Source of the DNA: Candidatus Saccharimonadota bacterium
GTDB taxonomy: Bacteria; Patescibacteriota; Saccharimonadia; Saccharimonadales; UBA4665
DNA length: 53,126 nt
NCBI GenBank assembly: GCA_020428025.1
Contig: JAGQNO010000001.1
Span: 1 to 53,126 of the forward strand
Direction of reading: 5' to 3'
Below, piece by piece: positions 38,255-47,104 of this stretch (positions within the stretch are counted from its first letter, which is position 1; each line of letters starts with the position of its first letter). The position numbers were made by a program, and so were the translations under genes. Below the pieces are notes generated by a model, which saw only the letters and a list, made by a program, of their open reading frames with translations, ran no database searches and had not been told where the DNA came from.

Positions 38255-39712
38255 TTAAGCGGGTTGCGATGGTTGATCGTGTTTAGGGAACAACGTGCCC
38301 TCTATGGGGCGAATGATACCTTCAGAAAACACGTTGCGGATGCGTGTGGCGGTCCCAGGCATAAACGGCTCTAATAGGTCAGCGATTTCTACTAAGGCGC
38401 CGGCTTGGTAGGCCAGGACTTCGCGCAGGTGGTCTTCATCGCCGGTTTTGGCGATTTCCCACGGCTTGGTCTCGTCTATGTACTGGTTGATGCCGCGGAC
38501 TTGCTCCCAGACTTCGTCTAGAGCGCGGTCAAAGCGGCAGGCCTTCATGGCTTGTTGGTAGCCGTCTATATCGTGTGTGGCCTCTGGAATGTCGCCAATT
38601 AAGCCTTTTTGGTACTTAAGAATCATAGCGGCCGTGCGCTGGACGGCATTGCCGAGTTCGTTCGCGAGTTCGTTGTTGTAGGCGGCTTCAAAGGCGGGCC
38701 AGCTAAAGTCGCCGTCTTCGTAGCTGGGGATGTGCCGTAAGAAGTAATAACGGAATGGGTCCACGCCGTATTTATCTAAAATTTCTTGCGGGTTTACATA
38801 ATTGCCCAGGCTCTTGCTCATTTTTTTGCCGTCGATGTTAATAAAGCTGTGCACATACAGCTGCTTGGGCAGCTCCAGGCCGGCACTCAGTAGCATAGCT
38901 GGCCAAATGGCGGCATGGAAACGCACAATATCTTTACCTATAACTTGCACGTCAGCGGGCCAGAAGTGCTTAAAATCGGCGTGCTCCGGGTAGCCAAGAA
39001 CTGTGATGTAATTCATGAGCGCTTCTAGCCAGACGTACATGGTCTGCTTGGGGTCCCCAGGCACCGGGATGCCCCAACCGATTTTATCTGCCGGGCGGCT
39101 AATGCTGATGTCCTGAAGCCCATCGTTGAGCAGACTTAGGATTTCATTGCGGCGCGTCTGGGGCACAATTTCAAACTCGCCTGATTCTATGGCTTGTTTA
39201 ACTGGCTCCGTATACGCAGAAAGTTTAAAGAAGTAGTTTTCTTCCTCAATTTTTTCAAATGGTCGATTGTGGTTTGGACAGGTGCCGCCAAGTTCTTTAA
39301 CCTCTGTTTCTGTAAAAAAGGCTTCATCGCCCGTGCAGTACCAGCCGGTGTATTTGCTCTTGTAGATGTCTTTGCTAATTGCTTGCCAGACCAGGGCGGC
39401 GCGTTGCTCGTGACCGGCGTCTGTGGTGCGTATAAACCTGGTATTAGAAACATCTAAATCTTTGGCCAAACCACTAAAAAGCGCGCTCATTTTGTCTGCG
39501 AGTTCTTTGGGTTTTAGGCCCTGCTCCGCGGCTTTTTCAGCAATTTTACCGCCGTGCTCATCCGTGCCAATGCTAAACATGACATCTTTGCCCTGTTGCC
39601 GCGCATAGCGCGCTAAGCTATCTGCCATAACAAATTCCATGGCGTGACCCAGGTGCGGCTCGCCGTTGACGTATGGTATAGAGGTGGTGACGTAGTAATT
39701 GTTATTGGCCAT
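38255..39712 (-). CDS. metG: Methionine--tRNA ligase (short form)
   Basis: HIGH-type motif PHLGHAM, KMSKS motif KMSKSLGN, 485 aa without a C-terminal tRNA-binding appendix. Confidence 0.95.
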   Translation of the reverse strand: MANNNYYVTTSIPYVNGEPHLGHAMEFVMADSLARYARQQGKDVMFSIGTDEHGGKIAEKAAEQGLKPKELADKMSALFSGLAKDLDVSNTRFIRTTDAGHEQRAALVWQAISKDIYKSKYTGWYCTGDEAFFTETEVKELGGTCPNHNRPFEKIEEENYFFKLSAYTEPVKQAIESGEFEIVPQTRRNEILSLLNDGLQDISISRPADKIGWGIPVPGDPKQTMYVWLEALMNYITVLGYPEHADFKHFWPADVQVIGKDIVRFHAAIWPAMLLSAGLELPKQLYVHSFINIDGKKMSKSLGNYVNPQEILDKYGVDPFRYYFLRHIPSYEDGDFSWPAFEAAYNNELANELGNAVQRTAAMILKYQKGLIGDIPEATHDIDGYQQAMKACRFDRALDEVWEQVRGINQYIDETKPWEIAKTGDEDHLREVLAYQAGALVEIADLLEPFMPGTATRIRNVFSEGIIRPIEGTLFPKHDQPSQPA

Positions 39713-39717
39713 AGCGT

Positions 39718-40782
39718 CTATTGTAACAGGGTTTGCAGATAGTTTTGCCAGGCAACCTCGTCGCCTTCTGCTTTAACGCCCTTGGCTAGCTGCGCCGCAC
39801 GGCCAAGCTTATAGAATTCCTGGATGGTTTTGGCCAGGTCTTCTACATCGTCTGGCTTGCAGAGCAGGCCATCTTTTCCGTCCAGCACATGCTGCGGCAG
39901 CGACCCAGCCTTTGTTGCAATCACCGGCCGTCCGTGGGCGTGCGCCAACTGCACATTAAAGCTGGCCGTGCCGTGTTTGTACGGCAGCACTACCGCGTCC
40001 GCGCCTAAAATTAAGTCACTTATTGCTTCTTCTGGGACGTAATCCGTTTGCAAATGTACTCTGTTTTGGAGGCCTAAATCATTGATAAGCTGGTCGTATT
40101 GTTCGCGGCCGCCCCAACACTCACCGGCAATAGTCAGCTGTACATCCGGAACGCGCGCAAGGGCCTTAAGCAGCACGTCCACGCCCTTATATGGCCGTAT
40201 AAAACCAAAGAATAGTAGCTTGTGTTTTACCTTGTACGGCGGCAACGTGGCGGGTTTGGTAATAACTGCGGGCAGCTCAGTTACGGCCACGGGGCGGGGG
40301 GTGAGCTGCTTAGCAACCTGCGCCTGCTCTTGAGTATGGACCAAGATTTTGTTAGATTTTTGCATGAGCTGCTTGGCTAGTCGGCGGTCGCCCGGCCTAG
40401 GTTCATGCGGCAGGACGTTATGGCTCAGCACAATCTTGGATGGCATTTTGCCAGCTGCCATACTAATCGCGCGGTAGATTGGCCCATGGAAGGTGGGCAC
40501 CCACCACACAAAAATAATCTGATCCATCTGACGCAGCCGACGCCCAGCTGTCAGCCAACTAAACGGATTCCGCCAACTAAGGCTTTGTCGCACATTATTA
40601 AACGGTGGTATTTCTGGCCGCGCAACACGCTGCGTGCCCGGGTAAAACCATGGATACTGATGTTTCCAGGACTCAAGGACTACATTGTGTCCCGCCTGCT
40701 CTAAACGGCGAGCCAACTCCGTGGTGTGCTTGGCAATACCACCTTTGTAGGGGTGAGTGGGGCCAATAATTGCTATATTCAT
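39718..40782 (-). CDS. Glycosyltransferase, GT4 (GT-B fold) family
   Basis: N-terminus IAIIGPTHPYKGGIAKH. C-terminal sugar-donor domain with the GRPVIATKAGSLPQHVLDGKDGLL pattern. Confidence 0.75.
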   Translation of the reverse strand: MNIAIIGPTHPYKGGIAKHTTELARRLEQAGHNVVLESWKHQYPWFYPGTQRVARPEIPPFNNVRQSLSWRNPFSWLTAGRRLRQMDQIIFVWWVPTFHGPIYRAISMAAGKMPSKIVLSHNVLPHEPRPGDRRLAKQLMQKSNKILVHTQEQAQVAKQLTPRPVAVTELPAVITKPATLPPYKVKHKLLFFGFIRPYKGVDVLLKALARVPDVQLTIAGECWGGREQYDQLINDLGLQNRVHLQTDYVPEEAISDLILGADAVVLPYKHGTASFNVQLAHAHGRPVIATKAGSLPQHVLDGKDGLLCKPDDVEDLAKTIQEFYKLGRAAQLAKGVKAEGDEVAWQNYLQTLLQ

Positions 40783-41192
40783 TTGAGGAGTTTAGTTACT
40801 TCTGCGCGCTCGGTGTCGTCTAAGTCGGCAAAAAGTTCTGTGTCGTATTTTTCTGAGACACTGTAGATGTAGTCTCTGAGCGTGCGCGGCAGGACATGGA
40901 AATGCAGGTGGTCTACACTAAGCTGACTTTGTTTTAGGAACGGCCGGTAGTTTTGGCGCACATCCACGCCATCGCCCATGCCGGCTTTAATCAGTTTTTG
41001 CTCTACATCCCAGATAAGCGCAAAGATATCTTGCAGCTCCTTATTCGTCAGTTCCCAGGGCTTTTCTACATGACGCTTTGGCGTAACCAAGGCGTGGCCG
41101 GCCGTCTTGCGCGGGTTGCTGAGGAGCACATTAGCAGAGTCATTACTGGCAATGACTCGTTCTTCTAGGTTGCAGAATGGGCAGTTTGTCAT
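40779..41192 (-). CDS. HIT-family nucleotide hydrolase/transferase
   Basis: CPFCN zinc motif and histidine triad VDHLHFHVLPR. Start set at ATG 41192 because the longer ORF would begin 2 nt after the tRNA. Confidence 0.8.
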   Translation of the reverse strand: MTNCPFCNLEERVIASNDSANVLLSNPRKTAGHALVTPKRHVEKPWELTNKELQDIFALIWDVEQKLIKAGMGDGVDVRQNYRPFLKQSQLSVDHLHFHVLPRTLRDYIYSVSEKYDTELFADLDDTERAEVTKLLK

Positions 41193-41277
41193 AATGATTT
41201 GGTGGGTGATAGGGCAAAAATATCCGGTGGATATTTTTGTAGACACCAGCGAAGCGTCCTTAGTTTTAGTGGTCATA

Positions 41278-41354
41278 TGGTGGGTGATGAGGGGCTCGAA
41301 CCCCCGACCTCAGCAATGTGAATGCTGCGCTCTAGCCAGCTGAGCTAATCACCC
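41278..41354 (-). tRNA. tRNA-Val (anticodon CAC), CCA encoded
   Basis: Reverse complement is GGGTGATTAGCTCAGCTGGCTAGAGCGCAGCATTCACATTGCTGAGGTCGGGGGTTCGAGCCCCTCATCACCCACCA. 7-bp acceptor stem, D arm GCTC/GAGC, anticodon stem CAGCA/TGCTG with loop TTCACAT, T loop TTCGAGC. Confidence 0.9.
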
Positions 41355-41375
41355 GATAAGTTTCAGTATAACAGA

Positions 41376-41915
41376 TTAGTTAGCGTAAGCAGGTGAGGTT
41401 GCTATTTCTTCATCTTTAATGTCTACGTAGTCCCTTAAATCCTCCAGCATTACGTGTAAACGTGCAGTTTCTTCTGCTTGGGACCGGAAACCACTCTTAA
41501 GATAGCTCTGACCGGTTCGCAGCTCGCTAAGTTGTTGGCTGTTTTGGCCTAGGGTTTGTTTTATATCTGCAATGTCATGACGCACATCAGCCATGCTGGC
41601 CATGAGAGATTCTTGGCCAGTAATTAAGCTTTGGTACTTTTGATTGAGGTCTGCTTGGCCGGTCACCAGGCTACCATACTTCCGCTGGAGGTCTGCTTGG
41701 CCGCCCGTAAGTGTTTCATACTTTTGTAGCAAATCTTCTTGACCATGTTCTAATTTGATGACCCTGGCCGTCAGTTTTTGAACATCTATTTTGAGCTGCG
41801 CCACATCTGCCTTGAGCTCCGCAATGTCCACCTTTATAGGTAGCAGCTCTGCACGCACAACATCCGTGACGATGTCACGGATGACAGTGGCAAAACCGGA
41901 GGCTGCTAGGTCCAT
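41376..41915 (-). CDS. Coiled-coil protein with four tandem 14-aa repeats
   Basis: 179 aa. Repeats are LEHGQEDLLQKYET / LTGGQADLQRKYGS / LVTGQADLNQKYQS / LITGQESLMASMAD. No TM or signal peptide. Confidence 0.6.
   Translation of the reverse strand: MDLAASGFATVIRDIVTDVVRAELLPIKVDIAELKADVAQLKIDVQKLTARVIKLEHGQEDLLQKYETLTGGQADLQRKYGSLVTGQADLNQKYQSLITGQESLMASMADVRHDIADIKQTLGQNSQQLSELRTGQSYLKSGFRSQAEETARLHVMLEDLRDYVDIKDEEIATSPAYAN
41586..41753 (-). repeat. In-frame 42-bp tandem repeats (about 4 copies) inside the coiled-coil gene
   Basis: gaggtctgcttggcc recurs at 41646 and 41688, exactly 42 nt apart. The peptide periodicity is 14 aa. Confidence 0.7.
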
Positions 41916-41921
41916 ACCGCT

Positions 41922-41949
41922 ACTGTAGCAGGCGGCACAATCTTTGCAA
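41922..41949 (-). promoter_or_regulatory. Promoter for the coiled-coil gene; leaderless configuration
   Basis: Minus strand reads TTGCAA, 16 nt, TACAGT, 6 nt, ATG (41915). Confidence 0.45.
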
Positions 41950-42010
41950 TCGACAGTTCATTAAAATTTCATTAAATTCAGCTATTGACCCCTGTTAATG
42001 AATGAAGGAA

Positions 42011-43312
42011 CTAATCAATGTAATCTTTACAAAAGCGCTCAAAAACGGCGTTGGTCCAGCCAAAGCCGGTCTGCGATGGATACACGCCCTTGGCCGGCGG
42101 CTTATCGGGTGACACCACGTTATATTTTTCCAGGAAAACACCGTGCGTACTAAACCAGTCCAGATTGGTCCGTAGCCACTTAAGCGCCTGACGACGAGCC
42201 TCCGCATGATAGCCGTAGCGCTCCAGCCCCTGCACCGTCAAAAACACCAGCGGCGCCCAGCCGTTGGGATGCGCCCACTGGGTGGGCATGCTGCCTAGCA
42301 CAAATTTACCCAAGGGATCTTGATCGGTGGTGGCTAGGCCGCCTTTTTCATCAAATCGCTTCAGGGATTTTACTAATGCGGCAGCTTGCTCAGCCGACGC
42401 CTGGCCGGACCACAGCGGGTAGTACGCCGCCAAGCTAGCCACGCCAGAGCGCTTGCCGCGGACATAATTGTAGTCATAATATAGGCCGCGGAAACCGTCC
42501 CACATTAGGTTAGTCATGCTGTCGGCGCGGCTATCGGCCATGAGCTGCCACTTGGTGCTGGCAGCGGTGTCGCCACGCAGAGCGGCTGCCCAAGCAAAAT
42601 CAGTTTCGTATTTATACAGCAGTGCGTTTAGGTCCACTGGCAAATAATTGAGTGCTTTGCGACTAAAGCGCGGTGTCATATCCCAACCGGACTCCGCCTC
42701 TGCTAAATCGTGTAGGTAGTTGATATCGTAATAGCGGCTGAGCCCGGCGTACACCAGGCGCTCGTGAGGCTTTTTGGTGCCTTTCCAAACTGTAAAGTAT
42801 TCTTGCTCGGCAGCGGCCATGCGCGGCGTCAACCACTCCAAATCTAGGCCATACGTCTCATAGCAGTCGCGTATATAACTGGTCAAAAACGGCGGCTGTG
42901 ACCGGCCCATTAAATAGGTCCGCGACGCATTGGGTATCACCTTAAAGCGCTCCAACATGGCCAGCAAATTGTCCAGCATACCCAGCACCAGCTCTTTGTG
43001 CTCCGCGTCCAGCAGCCCTTGCGCCATAAAGTAGCTGTCCCAGTAATACATCTCATTAAAGTCAAAATTAGTGTGCTCCTCATACGCGGGCACAAGGTAT
43101 TTGTGAGGCAGTCCAATTAAGCTTTCATCATCCTCCGGGTGCCTGCGTTCCAGCTTCTTCCAAAACGTTTTGATGTACTGCCGCGCTTCTTTGACATCTT
43201 CTTTGGTTAGCTCTTTGGGCGCGGCCGGCAACGCCTTTTGCGCCAAAATCTTAGCCGTTTCTAGTGGCTTCTGGGCAGCGGATACGATGTCTTCTGGCGT
43301 CAGGCGGGGCAT
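42011..43312 (-). CDS. Trehalase (glycoside hydrolase family 37-like), cytoplasmic form
   Basis: Trehalase signature-like blocks FNEMYYWDSYF and QWAHPNGWAPLVF. (alpha/alpha)6-type length. No signal peptide. Confidence 0.75.
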   Translation of the reverse strand: MPRLTPEDIVSAAQKPLETAKILAQKALPAAPKELTKEDVKEARQYIKTFWKKLERRHPEDDESLIGLPHKYLVPAYEEHTNFDFNEMYYWDSYFMAQGLLDAEHKELVLGMLDNLLAMLERFKVIPNASRTYLMGRSQPPFLTSYIRDCYETYGLDLEWLTPRMAAAEQEYFTVWKGTKKPHERLVYAGLSRYYDINYLHDLAEAESGWDMTPRFSRKALNYLPVDLNALLYKYETDFAWAAALRGDTAASTKWQLMADSRADSMTNLMWDGFRGLYYDYNYVRGKRSGVASLAAYYPLWSGQASAEQAAALVKSLKRFDEKGGLATTDQDPLGKFVLGSMPTQWAHPNGWAPLVFLTVQGLERYGYHAEARRQALKWLRTNLDWFSTHGVFLEKYNVVSPDKPPAKGVYPSQTGFGWTNAVFERFCKDYID

Positions 43313-43344
43313 GTATCTAGCCTAGCTGGACATAGGACGTAAGG

Positions 43345-43971
43345 TCAAGCAGAGATTTCAAGGTATGGCAAACTACTGACGACTAGGGAGTCGCGGCCAG
43401 CCATTGGCATATAGCCTTGCTGGCCCTCCCAGCCCTCGACAACCGGCTTTAGTTGTGTAGTCGGACCCAATTGCAGTGCATCAAACGCTACAAGTCTACC
43501 AGCAAATGCAATCTGGCCCGGAGCACATACAGCTTCTCTGTTTGTACCCACCAGATAAAGCTCTTTTCCCGCAACAAAGTCCGTGAGCTTTTCTGCTTCC
43601 TCTGCCTGCTTTTTTGCAACTTCTCGTGCTACAGCATCAGCACAAACTTCCAGTTCAAACAAAACTTTTGTTGGAATAATACCGTCTAGTCCACGCAATC
43701 TCGCCACAACGTTATGCAGCTCAAGAGATGGCTTATTATAACTATTTTGGTAACTATCCTCTGACAACGCCGCCCCTATAAGAGTAAATCCAACTGGGTT
43801 CTGGATCCTAACTTCGTACGGTAACGAAGAATATTTTTGAAGTCGCAGTCCTGGCCTATCCTGGAATTGCCGCATAGTTACTACTGATGGATTTAGCTCT
43901 TCGCTTTTCCACACCTCCGTAAATCCTGTATACAGATCATCCCTGGTAAGTGTGCGTAGTGTTTCAGCCAT
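43345..43971 (-). CDS. Hypothetical protein (208 aa)
   Basis: ORF with lower-GC appearance than its neighbours. No family recognised. Confidence 0.45.
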   Translation of the reverse strand: MAETLRTLTRDDLYTGFTEVWKSEELNPSVVTMRQFQDRPGLRLQKYSSLPYEVRIQNPVGFTLIGAALSEDSYQNSYNKPSLELHNVVARLRGLDGIIPTKVLFELEVCADAVAREVAKKQAEEAEKLTDFVAGKELYLVGTNREAVCAPGQIAFAGRLVAFDALQLGPTTQLKPVVEGWEGQQGYMPMAGRDSLVVSSLPYLEISA

Positions 43972-44028
43972 AATTGTCTCCTTTTAGAGGAGTATACATA
44001 GTTAAGTTCTATGTTCAAAGCATAAGAA

Positions 44029-45897
44029 CTACTTATTCAAACGTTTGCGCTTATTAGGATCAAGCTCACGCTTGCGCAACCGCAGATTCTTGGGCGTAAC
44101 TTCCAAAAGTTCATCGTTCTCAATAAAGTCTAGGCATTGTTCCAAAGAAAAAATTGTAGGCGGGGTCAGCTGCACTACACCATCAGAGGAGCTGGAGCGC
44201 ATGTTGGTGAGCTGCTTGGCTTTACAGACGTTGATTTCCAGGTCTTCCTGGCGGGTGTTTAGGCCAATGATTTGCCCGGCGTAGACTTTTTCTGCGGGGC
44301 CAATAAAGGTGGTGCCGCGGGCTTCTGCGTTTTGCAGGGCGTAGGGTGTGGACACGCCGGCTTCGTAGCTAATCAGTACGCCGTTTCGCAGCTGCTGCAA
44401 AGCGGCGCCCACGGGCTGGTAGCCAACGACCAAGCTGTTCATGACAATGGTGCCTTTGGTGTTGGTCAGCAAAATGTTGCGCATGCCTAGCAGGGCGCGG
44501 GTGGGCATGGTATAGACCAATTTTGTAACGGCCTTGGAGGCGTTGGCAAATTGCTCTTTAAGAACGGCACGGCGCTGGCCTAATTCCATTTGCACGGTGC
44601 CTACATGTTCTGCTGGGACTTCTATAATGACCTCTTCTATTGGCTCTACCGTGACGCCGTTTTCTTCATGGGTGACCACTTGCGGGCGGCCAACTTCAAA
44701 TTCGTAGCCTTCGCGGCGCATGGATTCAATGAGCACGCCCAGGTGCAGTTCTCCGCGGCCAGCAACGGTGTACCCAATGCCGTCTGGCTCTACCTGAAGA
44801 CCTACATTGGTTTCTAGCTCTTTTTGCAGACGATCGCCAATCTGGCGGCTGGTAGAAAACTCGCCTTCTAAGCCCTTGAACGGCGATGTATTTGGCCCTA
44901 GGTAAATACGCAGCGTGGGGGCTTCTACTTCTATGGTTGGTAGGGCTTCTGGGTTATCGCTATCAGCAATGGTTTCTCCAATTTGGGCATCGGCTATGCC
45001 GGTTAGCTGCACGATATCGCCTGCAATACCTTCCGCTACTTCAAATCGATTTAGGCCGTGGCTCATAAAAACATTTTCTACGCGCGCTTTTGCCACGGAG
45101 CCGTCCTTCTTGCAAAGAGCAACACTTGCGCCGGGCTTAATGTGTCCGCGGGTAATGCGGCCAATACTGTATTTACCTTTAAACGTGTCGTGCGCCAGGG
45201 CGGTAACCAGCATTTGGAAGGGCTTGTCTTGCTCTACCTGCGGCGCTGGGATTTCATTGATAATGGCGTTAAAAATTGGCTCTAGGTCTGCATCTGCATC
45301 TGGGTCCGTGGGCGGCGTATCCCAGGCTTTGCCGGCGCGGCCAATGGCGTAGTGCACGGGGTAATGCAGCTGGTCTTCATGTACCGCAAGCTCCAAGAAT
45401 AGGTCGGCTAGTTCGTCTTCTACTTCTTTAATGCGGGCGCCTGGTTTGTCAATTTTGTTAATGACTACAATTGGCTTCAGTTCGGCTTCTAGAGCTTTTT
45501 CTAGTACAAATTTGGTCTGCGGCATGGGGCCCTCTTGGGCATCTACTATCAAAAGGCAGCCATCCGCTAGGTTCAAAGTTCTTTCTACCTCGCCGCTAAA
45601 ATCGGCGTGGCCAGGGGTGTCTATAATGTTAATGCGGTAGTCGCCGTGCTGCACGGCGGTGACTTTGGCGGTGATGGTAATGCCGCGTTCACGCTCTTGG
45701 TCGCCGCTATCCATAATGAGCGACTGCGACATTTCTGCCTGGTTATCGCGGAAGGTTTTGGACTGTTTTAACAAGCCGTCTACCAACGTGGTTTTGCCGT
45801 GATCAACGTGAGCAATAATGGCGACGTTTCTAATATTTGCGGGGTCTTGTTTGGGGTTCATAGGCATAAAAATGGCCGGCGCTTTGGGCCGGGCCAA
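44029..45897 (-). CDS. typA: Translational GTPase TypA/BipA (true start probably ATG 45861-45867)
   Basis: IRNVAIIAHVDHGKTTL G1, DTPGHADF G3, NKID G4, EF-G-like domains, BipA-specific C-terminal domain. Confidence 0.95.
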   Translation of the reverse strand: MARPKAPAIFMPMNPKQDPANIRNVAIIAHVDHGKTTLVDGLLKQSKTFRDNQAEMSQSLIMDSGDQERERGITITAKVTAVQHGDYRINIIDTPGHADFSGEVERTLNLADGCLLIVDAQEGPMPQTKFVLEKALEAELKPIVVINKIDKPGARIKEVEDELADLFLELAVHEDQLHYPVHYAIGRAGKAWDTPPTDPDADADLEPIFNAIINEIPAPQVEQDKPFQMLVTALAHDTFKGKYSIGRITRGHIKPGASVALCKKDGSVAKARVENVFMSHGLNRFEVAEGIAGDIVQLTGIADAQIGETIADSDNPEALPTIEVEAPTLRIYLGPNTSPFKGLEGEFSTSRQIGDRLQKELETNVGLQVEPDGIGYTVAGRGELHLGVLIESMRREGYEFEVGRPQVVTHEENGVTVEPIEEVIIEVPAEHVGTVQMELGQRRAVLKEQFANASKAVTKLVYTMPTRALLGMRNILLTNTKGTIVMNSLVVGYQPVGAALQQLRNGVLISYEAGVSTPYALQNAEARGTTFIGPAEKVYAGQIIGLNTRQEDLEINVCKAKQLTNMRSSSSDGVVQLTPPTIFSLEQCLDFIENDELLEVTPKNLRLRKRELDPNKRKRLNK

Positions 45898-45936
45898 CTC
45901 TCTTGGGTTATATTATATCATATCCTATGTGTTCTT

Positions 45937-46923
45937 TTATAGTAGTCCGGCCTCTACTAAACTTCTAAAATCCCAGGCCATGGAGCCTTCTGTTTTGTAC
46001 GTCCAAAAACACTCTGCCTGCTGCCCACGGAAAGCGCTTAACTGCGCTGCGGCATACAGCTTAGTTACGACTTCCCTTTGATCAATTGCCAACGTATCCA
46101 TCTGCACTGCCGGTAGCGCGGCCGACCACTCGCCAATCATGGTATTGTGTGTTAGCCGCGGCAGGGCTAACTGTAGTCGTAACCAGCGCTTAGCGCGCTG
46201 TATTTGCTTGGCGGGCGCAAACGATTTATCGCGCTCCGTAAACAACTGGTAGTGGTGGTGATCAATGACTAGTCGCGGATACTTTAGGAGCGGTAAATGC
46301 AGTGGCCAGCGCCAAGGGCGGAAAGCATCGTGTGCCACAACCTTAACATGTTCTGCGCAGCCAGCCACAGCTAATTGGTAGCCTCTTTTATAAAATTGCC
46401 GTAGTTCGCGCCTAGGGATTTGCGGCGACGGCTCATTTAAAAGCTCTAACCCCCACAGCTGTGGCGACCGCCCATAGCGCTGACAAATTCGCGCCAATAT
46501 ATTCAGCGTCTGCGCGCCGTAACTATGACCGGACTCACACCAACCAACCGGACCGATGCAGCCACTATGATCATTGCCGTTCTGCGATCCCGGCGCTCCG
46601 TGCAAATCTAGCAATACCTGCAAATCATACTTGGCGGCCCACTCAAACGCTTTATCTACATACTGCACTGTTGGCTGGTAGGGCGATGCCCCGCCAAACA
46701 GCCAGTACCCCACCGGTATACGTATTAAATCTACGCCCTGCTCCTTGAGCCAGGCAAAATCGGCCTCAGTAATAAAGCTGTCTCGGAAGGTTTTTACCCG
46801 TTCTGCAGCATCCGGCAATTGGCTGAGTGTAAACTCATCTACCGCCGGCGTGCCGTCAAAAACCGATGGCGTAATCCAGTGCTCCAGCACCAACCAACCG
46901 CCAAGATTCACTCCCCTAAGCAT
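45937..46923 (-). CDS. GH5 glucan exo-1,3-beta-glucosidase-like hydrolase (no signal peptide)
   Basis: GVNLGGWLVLEHWITPSVF, LHGAPGSQNGNDHSG and acid/base LELLNEP blocks, as in GH5 exo-beta-1,3-glucanases. Confidence 0.85.
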   Translation of the reverse strand: MLRGVNLGGWLVLEHWITPSVFDGTPAVDEFTLSQLPDAAERVKTFRDSFITEADFAWLKEQGVDLIRIPVGYWLFGGASPYQPTVQYVDKAFEWAAKYDLQVLLDLHGAPGSQNGNDHSGCIGPVGWCESGHSYGAQTLNILARICQRYGRSPQLWGLELLNEPSPQIPRRELRQFYKRGYQLAVAGCAEHVKVVAHDAFRPWRWPLHLPLLKYPRLVIDHHHYQLFTERDKSFAPAKQIQRAKRWLRLQLALPRLTHNTMIGEWSAALPAVQMDTLAIDQREVVTKLYAAAQLSAFRGQQAECFWTYKTEGSMAWDFRSLVEAGLL

Positions 46924-47104
46924 ACGAGCTCGCTAGGTGCCAAAGCTGGCAGTATTGGCAATGGTAAATAGTTAACCGCGCACCGTGCTGGTGTGCCGCA
47001 ACCACAGCGGCCGCCTTAGCTTGGCGCGCGGTATCAAAGCCCAACTTGTCGCTGCACGGCAGCGCGGCGGGATCTGGATTAACCGGCGTGGACGACCTCT
47101 GCAT
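46916..47104 (-). CDS. Small hypothetical protein (62 aa) with C-terminal CxxC-WH motif
   Basis: ORF bridges the MFS stop and the GH5 start, overlapping both. Ends in YHCQYCQLWHLASS. No confident family. Confidence 0.3.
   Translation of the reverse strand: MQRSSTPVNPDPAALPCSDKLGFDTARQAKAAAVVAAHQHGARLTIYHCQYCQLWHLASSYA

Noticed and set aside
41193-41276. Longer HIT ORF starting at 41276
   Set aside because: That start would lie 2 nt from the tRNA-Val 3' CCA, leaving no room for processing or initiation signals. The extension (MTTKTKDASLVSTKISTGYFCPITHQII) is not part of the HIT fold, and MTNCPFCN is a typical HIT N-terminus.
41586-41753. The 42-bp periodic repeats as a possible CRISPR array or minisatellite
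   Set aside because: The repeats are contiguous with no spacers, in frame and degenerate at the DNA level. They sit inside a continuous ORF and encode a 14-aa coiled-coil periodicity. No cas genes are in the window.
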